A stretch of DNA of 64,000 nucleotides, from the IMG/VR virus record IMGVR_UViG_3300037245_003639; one strand, 5' to 3'. The notes beneath the pieces were generated by a model that saw nothing but the letters and a program-made list of their open reading frames with translations, was not told the DNA's origin and ran no database searches. A program made the translations under genes and the position numbers. This document shows positions 17,622 through 26,607 of this stretch, in pieces. The DNA comes from a virus. Numbering within the stretch: the stretch's first letter is position 1; each line of letters begins with the position of its first letter.

Positions 17622-18494
17622 TCAACTGGAAGGACCATCTCCCCAACGAAATTTCGTAACTAGGTTATGCCAACGGGGATAATGGGGATTCTGCATGATT
17701 AGAGCGCGTTTCCGAGCGCTCCGCACTTCAAGAATATCCTGTGCATCAAGGTTAAAAACGTCCTGCCCGTCAACGACAACATCTGTTCCTTCATTGACTC
17801 GGACTGCCTCGATACGGATTTGGCTGTCAGCATCCACCACGATCGGGCAACAGTCAAAGGAATGGGCGTTGAGGGGATTGAGGATGATTCCTGGCATTCC
17901 AGGCATCATTACGGGGCCATGAGCGGACAGATTGTACGCTGTAGAGCCTGTAGGTGTCGCCACAATAATGCCGTCCCCACCGACCGTAGCAAGCTCGATA
18001 CCGTCCACAATCAGCTTTAGATAGACCATACGATGCGGGGCGCCAGCGTTGATAACCACGTCATTCAGCGCCCACTGCCACGGTCTCCAATCGCCCAGCT
18101 TGCCTTGAATCCGCATTTGCAGCATAAGTCGCCGTATAATGTTCGCATCTGTGAGTTCTGGCAGTAACTCTTTCAATTCCGCGACTGAAAAAGCGGTCAG
18201 GAATCCGACCTTGCCGAAGTTGACACCAATCAGCGGAACCTGACGTTCTTCCAACTGGCGGGCCACTGACAACATGGTTCCATCACCACCCAGAACGACG
18301 ATGCGGTCTGCATTGTACTTTGGCAAATCGCCAATAGTGAACTTGGAACCCTCCCCAACGGAGTCTACACAGACGAGTTCTCCAACAGACTTTACCAAAG
18401 CCAGAATTTCTGGGAGAGCATCTTGAACTTCTTGCTTCATGAGATTAGAGACAATTGCATATTTCATAGAGTTGCACTCGTGGGATGTTGCCAA
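17622..18494 (-). CDS. nadK: NAD+ kinase
   Basis: GGDGTMLSVARQ, NDVVINAG and DGIIVATPTGSTAYNLSAHGP are the diagnostic NadK/PpnK motifs. Confidence 0.8.
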   Translation of the reverse strand: MATSHECNSMKYAIVSNLMKQEVQDALPEILALVKSVGELVCVDSVGEGSKFTIGDLPKYNADRIVVLGGDGTMLSVARQLEERQVPLIGVNFGKVGFLTAFSVAELKELLPELTDANIIRRLMLQMRIQGKLGDWRPWQWALNDVVINAGAPHRMVYLKLIVDGIELATVGGDGIIVATPTGSTAYNLSAHGPVMMPGMPGIILNPLNAHSFDCCPIVVDADSQIRIEAVRVNEGTDVVVDGQDVFNLDAQDILEVRSARKRALIMQNPHYPRWHNLVTKFRWGDGPSS

Positions 18495-19507
18495 TGATAC
18501 GTGATATCCCCAGTATGAGGATCGAGTATTTCTGTTCGGATGGTATCAGGACTGTCAGAAACAGTCAAACAGTCAGCCAAACAAAGATTCTGGCCGTCGA
18601 TATCATAGACATGGAACTCGTGGTCACCGGCAGTGAAAGTATAGATACGAACACCGTTTTTCTTAACCCATGCCTCGATTATCTGTTCGTCTTGCGGTTC
18701 TAAACCATGTTTGTCAACCCATTCATCAGCCTCGGTCAGTTGACCCTCGGGCTTATGCTCAGGGCGACGGATTGGACGGATGGTAAGTTCTTCTATTCCA
18801 TATTTACGACACCAATGAACCGTTTGATTCACCGCATCAGATGAATCGACAAAACCCTTCTGCATCATCACGCAGATACGAACTTTGAATCCGAAACCAT
18901 GAAGGAACTGCACTGTCCGTTCGAGAGGCGGATACTCTTCATGCTCGCGGTGATGTAAATAAACTCTTTGATTCCATCCCTGGTGAACTCCCACCGTAGA
19001 AATGGCGATTTTGTTCAAACCAAGTTCTCTCCATTCCATCAATGCCCGATACAGACGTAATTGAGGCAAAGAAGCGCCCGTTTTAACTCCACGGTTCTCT
19101 TTCATCGCCACCTGGAACCGAGCCACTCCGTACTCTTCAATCAACTTGGCCAACCGGCCAATACGGATCGCATTGGTTTGTAGTTCCAGGATCGGGAAGA
19201 CAGGTAAATGAACTTTTTGGATTGGCTGCACTGACCCCGCAGGAGTAAACTCTACATCTTGTCCCATAGCTCGTAAAGCCCTGAGATAAGTTGTAATCTC
19301 TAACGGATAAAGTGTCGGTTCTCCCTTACCTGTCAGTAAGAGAGTTGTAGTTCGAGATTGTCGCGCTAATGCGACAGCCCTGCCAAACTCAGGCCAGTCA
19401 ATCCCAGCGGTGTCTTTTCTGTAACCGGTGCATTTCGAGATACAGAAAGGACAGCCGCCATCACAGGACGATGTACCTACCACAATAGAGAAGGTTGATA
19501 TCTTCAT
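18464..19507 (-). CDS. radical SAM enzyme (subfamily unknown)
   Basis: N-terminal CDGGCPFC (the CxxxCxxC cluster) and a GKGEPTLYP glycine-rich SAM motif. Trimmed to the MKIST start. Confidence 0.65.
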   Translation of the reverse strand: MKISTFSIVVGTSSCDGGCPFCISKCTGYRKDTAGIDWPEFGRAVALARQSRTTTLLLTGKGEPTLYPLEITTYLRALRAMGQDVEFTPAGSVQPIQKVHLPVFPILELQTNAIRIGRLAKLIEEYGVARFQVAMKENRGVKTGASLPQLRLYRALMEWRELGLNKIAISTVGVHQGWNQRVYLHHREHEEYPPLERTVQFLHGFGFKVRICVMMQKGFVDSSDAVNQTVHWCRKYGIEELTIRPIRRPEHKPEGQLTEADEWVDKHGLEPQDEQIIEAWVKKNGVRIYTFTAGDHEFHVYDIDGQNLCLADCLTVSDSPDTIRTEILDPHTGDITYHWQHPTSATL

Positions 19508-20034
19508 GCTGCCGCCCTCGGTTGTGCTAAAGTAAGGTTGTGTTCCCAAAAATAACGAGTCGGACTGTCGTCATCGAACTCGATTTCGTATGCTTGACAG
19601 CCAGGAGCAGGGAGACCAAACTCATTGTTGCGAGCTATCACTGTCCCTAGTTGGTCGTTCTTTGGACCGTAGGGGTACATAATTCCACTTCGCCCATTCA
19701 CGAAGACCCTATCTCCCACGTCGAACTTTCTGGCTGCCTCAGCCCGTTGCTTGGCAAGATCGAAGCCCTCTCGAATCAGGGCTTTCGGCGGGCCATAATC
19801 AGGATGTTTATTAGTTAGCCTGCAATGGCTGAATGAGACACAATTGTAATGACCACATTTCTTACAGAAGTAGCCAGAACCACAGCCGAGCATGTTGATT
19901 GTGGTATGACATTTGCCACAGCATTCACCGCTCCAACCATTGAAGCCCGGCCAACAAAGAGCATCGGCCACTTTCTCAATCGTCCAGCCCATAAGTCGGG
20001 CGAATCGGATAGCTGCTACTGCTGCACTTGCCAT
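19504..20034 (-). CDS. Cys-rich hypothetical protein
   Basis: CWPGFNGWSGECCGKCH...CGSGYFCKKCGHYNC. Confidence 0.45.
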   Translation of the reverse strand: MASAAVAAIRFARLMGWTIEKVADALCWPGFNGWSGECCGKCHTTINMLGCGSGYFCKKCGHYNCVSFSHCRLTNKHPDYGPPKALIREGFDLAKQRAEAARKFDVGDRVFVNGRSGIMYPYGPKNDQLGTVIARNNEFGLPAPGCQAYEIEFDDDSPTRYFWEHNLTLAQPRAAA

Positions 20035-20036
20035 GG

Positions 20037-21821
20037 CTAAATCCTCAATCTGCGGCAGCGTCTTTGCCGCTTGGACGCGGGCCGTTTCGCTTTGGGCGTT
20101 CGCTTGACCCCTGTACTGGCTGCTACTTTTGTTTTGTTCATGCCAAGCTTCTTCTGGCGCAATTCAAGTGCTTTTACTTCTCTCTCTTGGGCTTTGTCAT
20201 ACTTCTCGTCAATACGGGCGGTCTTCATTTCGTCACGAAAATAATTGATTCCAATTAACGGAGAAGTCAATGAATCATCATCAACGTCTCTGGCCCGGCC
20301 TTGTGACAAATCGTGATAAAGACGATAGAACTCCTCGGTGTGGATATGCGTTCGCCCTGTATCCTCATCGTGAGCCATTTCATGCGTCAGGACTGAGAAC
20401 AGTTCAACCATGCCACGTTCGCTGCCTGTCGCAACTCGCTTGAGCCATGTTTTACTCATGGCGATATACGTTCCGCCGTCAGTCCAAGCGGCGTAAGTAT
20501 CACTGACACCAACTGTCAAATGACGACCACGCCATAAATTGAAATACCCACCAACTTTATTCAAAACCCTGATAATGCGCCGTTCGGCCTCATTCCATTT
20601 ATCCTGAACCAAGATATAGGTAGACCGCGTGTAGGAACTCGACAAACCGCCGTAACCATCGAAAGGTCGAAACCATTTGCTGGACGGTTTGAAGGCATCG
20701 CCACCCGTGAGCCAAACGAAGAAATCAGCGGGGTCGCCCGAATAGCTCAACTCCGACAAGATTTGAGCGTTGATGCAGATAGCCCTGTCAAGCTGCATGA
20801 GTTTATCTGCGACTTCATCGTCCTGAGGAGCGAATGTCCACGGCGAGCGGTTCTTTCGTATTAGATCCAACGTCAGAGCCCGACCAGAACTCGTTTCGAT
20901 TAGAGAGATAGTTTTCCAGTCTGCGAATCTTTCAACGCCATCTCGCAAGTCGAGCAGCGTGGCAATTCGCTCATGCGGTTGGAGATATCCACGAGATTCG
21001 GTTCTTGTCCGTCTAACTCGATTCTCGCGGATAACTGCCTGAATGCACTTCCATACCGGGCAATCATATTGGATATCGTTGCGAGCGAAGTTCACCTTCA
21101 ACTGACGCTTCGAGACGACTACGCCGGTCACGCCAGCCGTCGAGGCGTCGATATCCTTACAGTGGGCTCCCAAGTTGTAAACGCTTAGATTGACGCCCCG
21201 CGCCCACAGATAGTAGGCGTAATCGTCCTCGTCATCCCAATCAAGTTCTGCGGGGTCAGTCGAAATCAGAGTCCCGTTGAAATAAACAGGGACAGCCACG
21301 AACTCAACTAGCTTCTTGATAGCCTCTTGTAGGGCATCCACTGAGGAATAGCCGTTGCCAATCGGATTCCTGTAAAGTTCAATGGCAATTTTGCACCCTT
21401 TAACAAGAGACTGTTTCTCTATCCAGTCAAAATCAGCAGTGCAATTTTCCTCATCAACCTCAATATTCCACTGTTCAATATCCACTACGAGCTTATGGGT
21501 TCCAGTGAGCCAAGTATTGACCCCGAAACTAAACAACTGTCCACGGCCAATGCGGAATTGAGCCCAAATCTTATGTTCGTCTGCTGTATGGGGCTGACCA
21601 ACCGAGGCGAAATACCGCATGATATCACGCTTTGTGATAATGCCCCCACCAGTATCGTCAATAGTTAGGATGGTTCCATCCAAACCTACATGCACAGCTT
21701 CAGAGCCCGCCTCAATAGCATTCATAACGCCTTCTAAGACGGCTTTAGCTAACGAACCAGCCTGCCGCCGAAAAGCGTCATAGATGAATTTCGGATGGAC
21801 TCTGAAAGCATGTTTTGCCAT
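20037..21821 (-). CDS. GHKL-type ATPase fused to an HExxH metallopeptidase-like region and a basic tail
   Basis: Bergerat motifs LEGVMNAIEAG (ExxxNAxDA) and DDTGGGI (DxGxG), as in MutL, Hsp90 or MORC. A distal THEMAHDED segment and a Lys/Arg-rich C-terminus follow. AGGAG RBS, promoter 21854..21882. Confidence 0.55.
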   Translation of the reverse strand: MAKHAFRVHPKFIYDAFRRQAGSLAKAVLEGVMNAIEAGSEAVHVGLDGTILTIDDTGGGIITKRDIMRYFASVGQPHTADEHKIWAQFRIGRGQLFSFGVNTWLTGTHKLVVDIEQWNIEVDEENCTADFDWIEKQSLVKGCKIAIELYRNPIGNGYSSVDALQEAIKKLVEFVAVPVYFNGTLISTDPAELDWDDEDDYAYYLWARGVNLSVYNLGAHCKDIDASTAGVTGVVVSKRQLKVNFARNDIQYDCPVWKCIQAVIRENRVRRTRTESRGYLQPHERIATLLDLRDGVERFADWKTISLIETSSGRALTLDLIRKNRSPWTFAPQDDEVADKLMQLDRAICINAQILSELSYSGDPADFFVWLTGGDAFKPSSKWFRPFDGYGGLSSSYTRSTYILVQDKWNEAERRIIRVLNKVGGYFNLWRGRHLTVGVSDTYAAWTDGGTYIAMSKTWLKRVATGSERGMVELFSVLTHEMAHDEDTGRTHIHTEEFYRLYHDLSQGRARDVDDDSLTSPLIGINYFRDEMKTARIDEKYDKAQEREVKALELRQKKLGMNKTKVAASTGVKRTPKAKRPASKRQRRCRRLRI

Positions 21822-21853
21822 TTCGACACTCCTCTTGTCTGACCACTAAGAGT

Positions 21854-21882
21854 AGTATACCAGAGCCGCCCATAATTGTCAA
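21854..21882 (-). promoter_or_regulatory. sigma70-type promoter (TTGACA-17-TATACT) for the GHKL-radical SAM-nadK operon
   Basis: cccTTGACAattatgggcggctctggTATACT. Confidence 0.65.
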
Positions 21883-21892
21883 GGGCATTTGA

Positions 21893-22675
21893 TTAGTTCA
21901 GATTATTTGCTTGCTCTCGTATCACCCGCAAACTATGTGGATGCGAGGCCAGTCTATGCAAAATGGCCGCATCATGCAAGGTGCCCGCATGTTTATACGG
22001 AGCTAGCTTATTGAAATGTTCGGGAAGTTCCTCGAAGAATTCGGGATGCTGACAGATGAGCCCCTGGAGGATATGCTGGTCACTGTGTCGCCAACCATCG
22101 ACGCCATTGACGGATTCCGCAGCCCATTTCAACAGCAATGGACTGGCCTGTCTGACCGCAATCACCCCCGAGTTGTAGAATTGTTCACTTTCTGGAATTA
22201 GGTTGTTTTCCCGTAGCTGCCGTCCCAAACGGGTCATATGAAAAAAGGGGTCACGGGCCAGAGCGAGTTTGTTCGCGTAATCGAAAAGGTCATCGATATT
22301 AGCTGCGACTTCGCAATCTAAGTCAATCCAGGCAATGCGTTTAAAGGGAGCATACAAGGGAGCAAAAGCTTTCCAGCCATGCTCAATACCGAATACTTTG
22401 TCATGCTCATCACCTTGGAGTAAAGAGCCCGTGAAGTCCAGAACACAGCCATGGGCCAAGCACCATTCGTGGCCCTCTCGGCTCATGCCTGCATTGACAA
22501 AAGCGACAGGATAGTCGTTGTGCTGACTGTAATGATACCACCACCATTTGAGCATCCATTCAAAGGCAGCGTTGCAACCGACCACCACGCCCTTCTCGGC
22601 TATTGTGCGGTTTTGGTTGAAGGCTTCAACTAAGTCAATAGGGTTACGAGCAGCAAAATGGTAGGTCTCATTCAT
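21893..22675 (-). CDS. GT8-like glycosyltransferase
   Basis: IDLDCEV (DxD motif) and YNSGVIAV are typical of the GT8 nucleotide-diphospho-sugar transferase fold. Confidence 0.5.
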   Translation of the reverse strand: MNETYHFAARNPIDLVEAFNQNRTIAEKGVVVGCNAAFEWMLKWWWYHYSQHNDYPVAFVNAGMSREGHEWCLAHGCVLDFTGSLLQGDEHDKVFGIEHGWKAFAPLYAPFKRIAWIDLDCEVAANIDDLFDYANKLALARDPFFHMTRLGRQLRENNLIPESEQFYNSGVIAVRQASPLLLKWAAESVNGVDGWRHSDQHILQGLICQHPEFFEELPEHFNKLAPYKHAGTLHDAAILHRLASHPHSLRVIREQANNLN

Positions 22676-22883
22676 TTAGGTATGCTTTCGCGCAGTCTTG
22701 GCAACAGTGATCTAAGTGCAGAGCACTGATTTCAACTTCCAAATCCCATGCCACTTTTCTGCCGCAAAGTGCATCAGTATCTGCCCCGCCCCCGGGTTTC
22801 CTCCCTTGAGAACTCAACGGGCGGATATGCCAAGGGCTGGTTCCTGTAGCTGTCACGGTTTCACAAAATGAATAATCACTCAT
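22668..22883 (-). CDS. small hypothetical protein
   Basis: 71-aa ORF. Confidence 0.3.
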   Translation of the reverse strand: MSDYSFCETVTATGTSPWHIRPLSSQGRKPGGGADTDALCGRKVAWDLEVEISALHLDHCCQDCAKAYLNE

Positions 22884-22897
22884 ATTGGATCATACCA

Positions 22898-23650
22898 TTA
22901 TTCAGGTTCAAGAGACAAACTTTCTCCGCTGGGTCGCACAATAAATACCTTATGTTCATCGTCCCAGTTCCCCCATTTACCATTGACAATCCCTCGCATC
23001 TTATCCATCGCATCAATGAAGGATTCAAGACTAAGAACTTGTCCGGGCTCCCACCCTTCCCACGCTGGTGCTATGTCATCATTCCAGTGGTTTTCAACCA
23101 CTTCGAACATATTGATAAGACGTTCGCCAAAACGAGGCAGGAACTTGCATTTGAGTTGAGGGAATCCGTCAGCGTAGACCGTTACCAAACCGTCTTTGGG
23201 AGAAGGAATAACCTTGCAAATCCACCAGAGAGTTCGCCCGATCTGGTTAAGGGGTTGGTAATACCAGGGAAGATCGTGTTCCAAAGTGGAGTTTCTGGAA
23301 TCGAGTTCTACACGGACGCTGTGCCACATGTCACGCAGGGTTTCACGGAACTCGGTTTCGTCCGTCCGCGACGCCTGTCCAGAGCAAATTTGTTCCGAAG
23401 CAGGAGTAGCAGGACAAACATTCACCAACTTGGCAAGATCGTCCGTTGTCACCGTAAATTCATGTTCGTCCATATCATGGATAAGCTGGTTCCCCGAAAA
23501 GACCTCCAGCCAATTGCCTGTGAGATTGACGATTTCCGTGGCGAAATCAACGTCAGGATGGGCCACAGCGTAACGCCGCAGACATTGTATATCCTGCAAC
23601 TGGAAGCGAATGACTTGGCTAACGCCATAGTGAAATCGGACGGTTTCCAT
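22898..23650 (-). CDS. hypothetical protein
   Basis: Trimmed to METVRF, which sits behind the conserved leader and AGGGAG. Confidence 0.5.
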   Translation of the reverse strand: METVRFHYGVSQVIRFQLQDIQCLRRYAVAHPDVDFATEIVNLTGNWLEVFSGNQLIHDMDEHEFTVTTDDLAKLVNVCPATPASEQICSGQASRTDETEFRETLRDMWHSVRVELDSRNSTLEHDLPWYYQPLNQIGRTLWWICKVIPSPKDGLVTVYADGFPQLKCKFLPRFGERLINMFEVVENHWNDDIAPAWEGWEPGQVLSLESFIDAMDKMRGIVNGKWGNWDDEHKVFIVRPSGESLSLEPE

Positions 23651-23687
23651 GAATTCTCCCTTTGGTGAAACCACGCTTTGCTACGCA

Positions 23688-23717
23688 GAGTATACAACGA
23701 AAAAGAGAGATTGTCAA
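23688..23717 (-). promoter_or_regulatory. sigma70-type promoter (TTGACA-17-TATACT) with conserved leader
   Basis: cccTTGACAatctctctttttcgttgTATACT, then CTGCGTAGCAAAG...AAAGGGAGAAT. Confidence 0.65.
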
Positions 23718-23735
23718 GGGCATTTTAGAGTGCGA

Positions 23736-25145
23736 TTAATCTTCGGACGTATCATCGTCCGACATTTTCACCAGTCGGGGATGGAAACAAGCGATAATGT
23801 CCACAAGGTCAGTCTGAGCGTCCATGACCTTCAAAATGTCTTTATACGCTCCTGGGACTTCATCCAATCCCGCGGAAATTAGTTTGACATTCCGGTGTCG
23901 TAATTGTTCTCGGACATCAGACCAGCGATACTTTTCCTTAGTTTTTGTTCTGCTCATCGCCCGCCCCGCACCATGCGATGCCGACGATAATGATGCAGCG
24001 TTACCTTTTCCCCGAACAAGAAAACCAGGCGTTGCCATTGAGCCCGGAATGACCCCTAGAACATCCACCCCAGCGGGAGTCGCCCCTTTGCGATGGACAA
24101 TCACAGTCCTGCCATCGTGTTCCTCTCGCCACGCAAAATTATGATGGTTCTCTACCTGTAGCAGAGCATCCCACCCCAATTCACGCAATACATGATAGTG
24201 AATCAGATTATGGTTTGCTGATGCATACTCTCCAGCGAGTTCCATCGCCTTCCAGTAAGCTATGCCATCTTCATCATCCATCGACAACCACGCCAGCCTT
24301 TTATACTGAGGCGGCAGCAAGGGATGTTTCGCTCCTGCAACACGGGTGAAGTGATTGGCCACCTTCGACCCAAGCCCGCGAGAACCGCTATGCGTCAAAA
24401 TGGCTACATACTTACCAGGAGGAACATCTCCAAATTGCTCAGTGAACTCTATTTCACCAACATCGAGGAAGTGATTCCCACTGCCTGATGAACCAAGCTG
24501 ATTCCACGCTCTGTCTTTATCCACAATCCCATCAAGGATAGACCAGTCCCGATCCATTACTTCGTGCTGGCGACGACCTGAACGTTGGAATGCGGCTCCC
24601 AGACCAAAGCGGGTATGCTTCTCGATTGCTTTCGTGATTACAGTTTCTTGCTGCTTGATGGGGTCTCCAGCCGTATCGATGGGGACCACAGATAGCATCA
24701 TGCGACATGCAATGTCTACGCCCACACCATAAGGCATGACAGCATTGTCCATAGCGAGCACGCCACCGATTGGCAAACCATAACCAAGGTGAGCGTCCGC
24801 ACATAAAGCCCCTCTTATCGCAGGCGGAATACTCAGAGCGCGGTTCATCTGATCGATGGTATTTTCATCGATGAAGTCTTTGCCCCAAATGGCTAAGGGC
24901 TTATCTTCGCGGAATGTATACAGTTCTTCTGGGTGGAGAATATTGTACCATAAAGACGCCGCTTCGCCAAAGTGCGCATCGCTTCGTAAAGATGCTGGGT
25001 TGCTAAACAACTCGCGAGCAATCTTCTTGCGAGTTTCAGCACCAACTCCTGCTGTCTTCGCGGATTCCTCGGCTTTCAGCAAAACACCAATCACTGGCCC
25101 TTGCTTGAAGCCAATATTGAGCAATCCTCGTGCCTTGAGTCCCAT
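23736..25145 (-). CDS. rtcB: RtcB-family RNA ligase
   Basis: Diagnostic ENHHNFAW motif, the HNLIHYH stretch, and overall length and composition consistent with 3-phosphate/5-OH RNA ligase. Confidence 0.8.
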   Translation of the reverse strand: MGLKARGLLNIGFKQGPVIGVLLKAEESAKTAGVGAETRKKIARELFSNPASLRSDAHFGEAASLWYNILHPEELYTFREDKPLAIWGKDFIDENTIDQMNRALSIPPAIRGALCADAHLGYGLPIGGVLAMDNAVMPYGVGVDIACRMMLSVVPIDTAGDPIKQQETVITKAIEKHTRFGLGAAFQRSGRRQHEVMDRDWSILDGIVDKDRAWNQLGSSGSGNHFLDVGEIEFTEQFGDVPPGKYVAILTHSGSRGLGSKVANHFTRVAGAKHPLLPPQYKRLAWLSMDDEDGIAYWKAMELAGEYASANHNLIHYHVLRELGWDALLQVENHHNFAWREEHDGRTVIVHRKGATPAGVDVLGVIPGSMATPGFLVRGKGNAASLSSASHGAGRAMSRTKTKEKYRWSDVREQLRHRNVKLISAGLDEVPGAYKDILKVMDAQTDLVDIIACFHPRLVKMSDDDTSED

Positions 25146-25157
25146 AGCTCTTCCGCC

Positions 25158-25616
25158 TCATTCGGTAAATTTCGACAATAACTCTATGGCCTCGGTCTTG
25201 TGGTATTTGAGGAAGCTATCAATCAAGATCGAAACTTGCTCGGCGGTCAGTGGACCGAGCGTATCAGCCCTCTCAGTCACGAGCTTCTTGAGCGTCTTAA
25301 GTCGCTCGGAACTGCTCGGCACCTGATCGATCAAGTCGTGGATTGTTTTCCATGACGACGGCATCGCGGCATACTCGTTTGCGCGTTGCTCAGCCTTCTC
25401 ACTCTCTTGTTGGGCAATGAGAACCGCAAAGAATACGAAGATGACGACCAGGGCCGAGGTGGCGGCCACGGGCTGCCACGCAATTCGCTGATACCAGCGT
25501 GGTGTTGCTCGTGTTGGCTGATACGCGTCAATCTTCTTTCCACAGCGATTACAGAACTTCGCCCCGGGAGTGACCACTGCGCCACAGGATTCGCAGTAAA
25601 GCGTCTTTGACTCCAT
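25158..25616 (-). CDS. membrane-anchored zinc-ribbon protein
   Basis: MESKTLYCESCGAVV...CNRCGKK, then a TM helix. Trimmed behind promoter 25660..25689. Confidence 0.45.
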   Translation of the reverse strand: MESKTLYCESCGAVVTPGAKFCNRCGKKIDAYQPTRATPRWYQRIAWQPVAATSALVVIFVFFAVLIAQQESEKAEQRANEYAAMPSSWKTIHDLIDQVPSSSERLKTLKKLVTERADTLGPLTAEQVSILIDSFLKYHKTEAIELLSKFTE

Positions 25617-25659
25617 CGCTCGCGTCCCTTCTGGTTGCCGCAGTCTTTGTCCAGTGAGC

Positions 25660-25689
25660 ATATTACCAGAGAGAGACCAGATTGTCAAG
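25660..25689 (-). promoter_or_regulatory. sigma70-type promoter (TTGACA-17-TAATAT)
   Basis: ccTTGACAatctggtctctctctggTAATAT. Confidence 0.6.
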
Positions 25690-25857
25690 GATTTTTGCAG
25701 GGTGCTTTACTACTTTCTTGTGTTTTCCAGAACAGTCACACTTCCATAACCTCGGTCGTCTGGGTCTATACTCTCTGCCGCTTCCTGAAACTGTGACAGC
25801 AGCAATAGTGCAACTACCACTCCAAGAAGCAGCAGGAAGACAAACCCTTTCCATACG

Positions 25858-26589
25858 CTATTCATTGTTTGTGCCCACCATGTTTAGGAATACCGCCAGT
25901 TGATTAAGAAACACATGTAGTTCCTTATCACTGGTAAAGACCAGTGTACTGGTATCACCTACTCCCCGTAGTTCTAACGCTGGCTTTCCCTTTGCTTTCC
26001 TTATCTCTGTAGTAGGTAGAAACTTATTGATTGTAGTAAGACTGTCGTTGATTGTACCTGCCCACTTGTCTACCGTTGCATTGCATACCTTGCAACCTGC
26101 CTGTTTCTTCATTCCGCATTTGCAAGGCACTTTGCCTTTGGTACAATCAATGCACTTGCCTTTGACTGTCCTACTCCCTTCACCTAAGCAACGGGGACAG
26201 ACGACAGTGCCTTGGTTGTTGCAAGTGGTGCAAGGTAGTTGTCCACGAGTGCATTTATGACAATCTGTCGTATACTTCTCTATCCACCATTCTCTACGGT
26301 TATATCGGTTGTAGCGTTTACGCGAAGTTGTTATACTGCCACTGCCGTTGCAGACTCCGCATTTCTTGCACCCTTTACCAAAGCATTTATTGCACCTAGC
26401 TATCCCCGCTCCATTGCAACCTGTATTCTCTGTACGCTTGCACGTTACTTGTCTCTCTACTCTGACCCAGTCACCCTTGCAAGTATTACAGATACTCTCG
26501 CCTGTGTTGTTGCAGTCTGTACAGACTTGTCCATGCGCAGGAACAACAACAAACGCCAGCAGCACAACGATTGTCAGTAACGTCCTCAT
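25858..26589 (-). CDS. secreted Cys-rich protein with DnaJ-type CxxCxGxG zinc-finger repeats
   Basis: Signal peptide MRTLLTIVVLLAFVVVPAHG, then repeated CxxCxGxG units (CNGAGIARCNKCFGKG, CGVCNGSGS, CTTCNNQGTVVCPRCLGEGS). Confidence 0.55.
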   Translation of the reverse strand: MRTLLTIVVLLAFVVVPAHGQVCTDCNNTGESICNTCKGDWVRVERQVTCKRTENTGCNGAGIARCNKCFGKGCKKCGVCNGSGSITTSRKRYNRYNRREWWIEKYTTDCHKCTRGQLPCTTCNNQGTVVCPRCLGEGSRTVKGKCIDCTKGKVPCKCGMKKQAGCKVCNATVDKWAGTINDSLTTINKFLPTTEIRKAKGKPALELRGVGDTSTLVFTSDKELHVFLNQLAVFLNMVGTNNE

Positions 26590-26607
26590 ATCTTATCTCC
26601 AGTCGTT

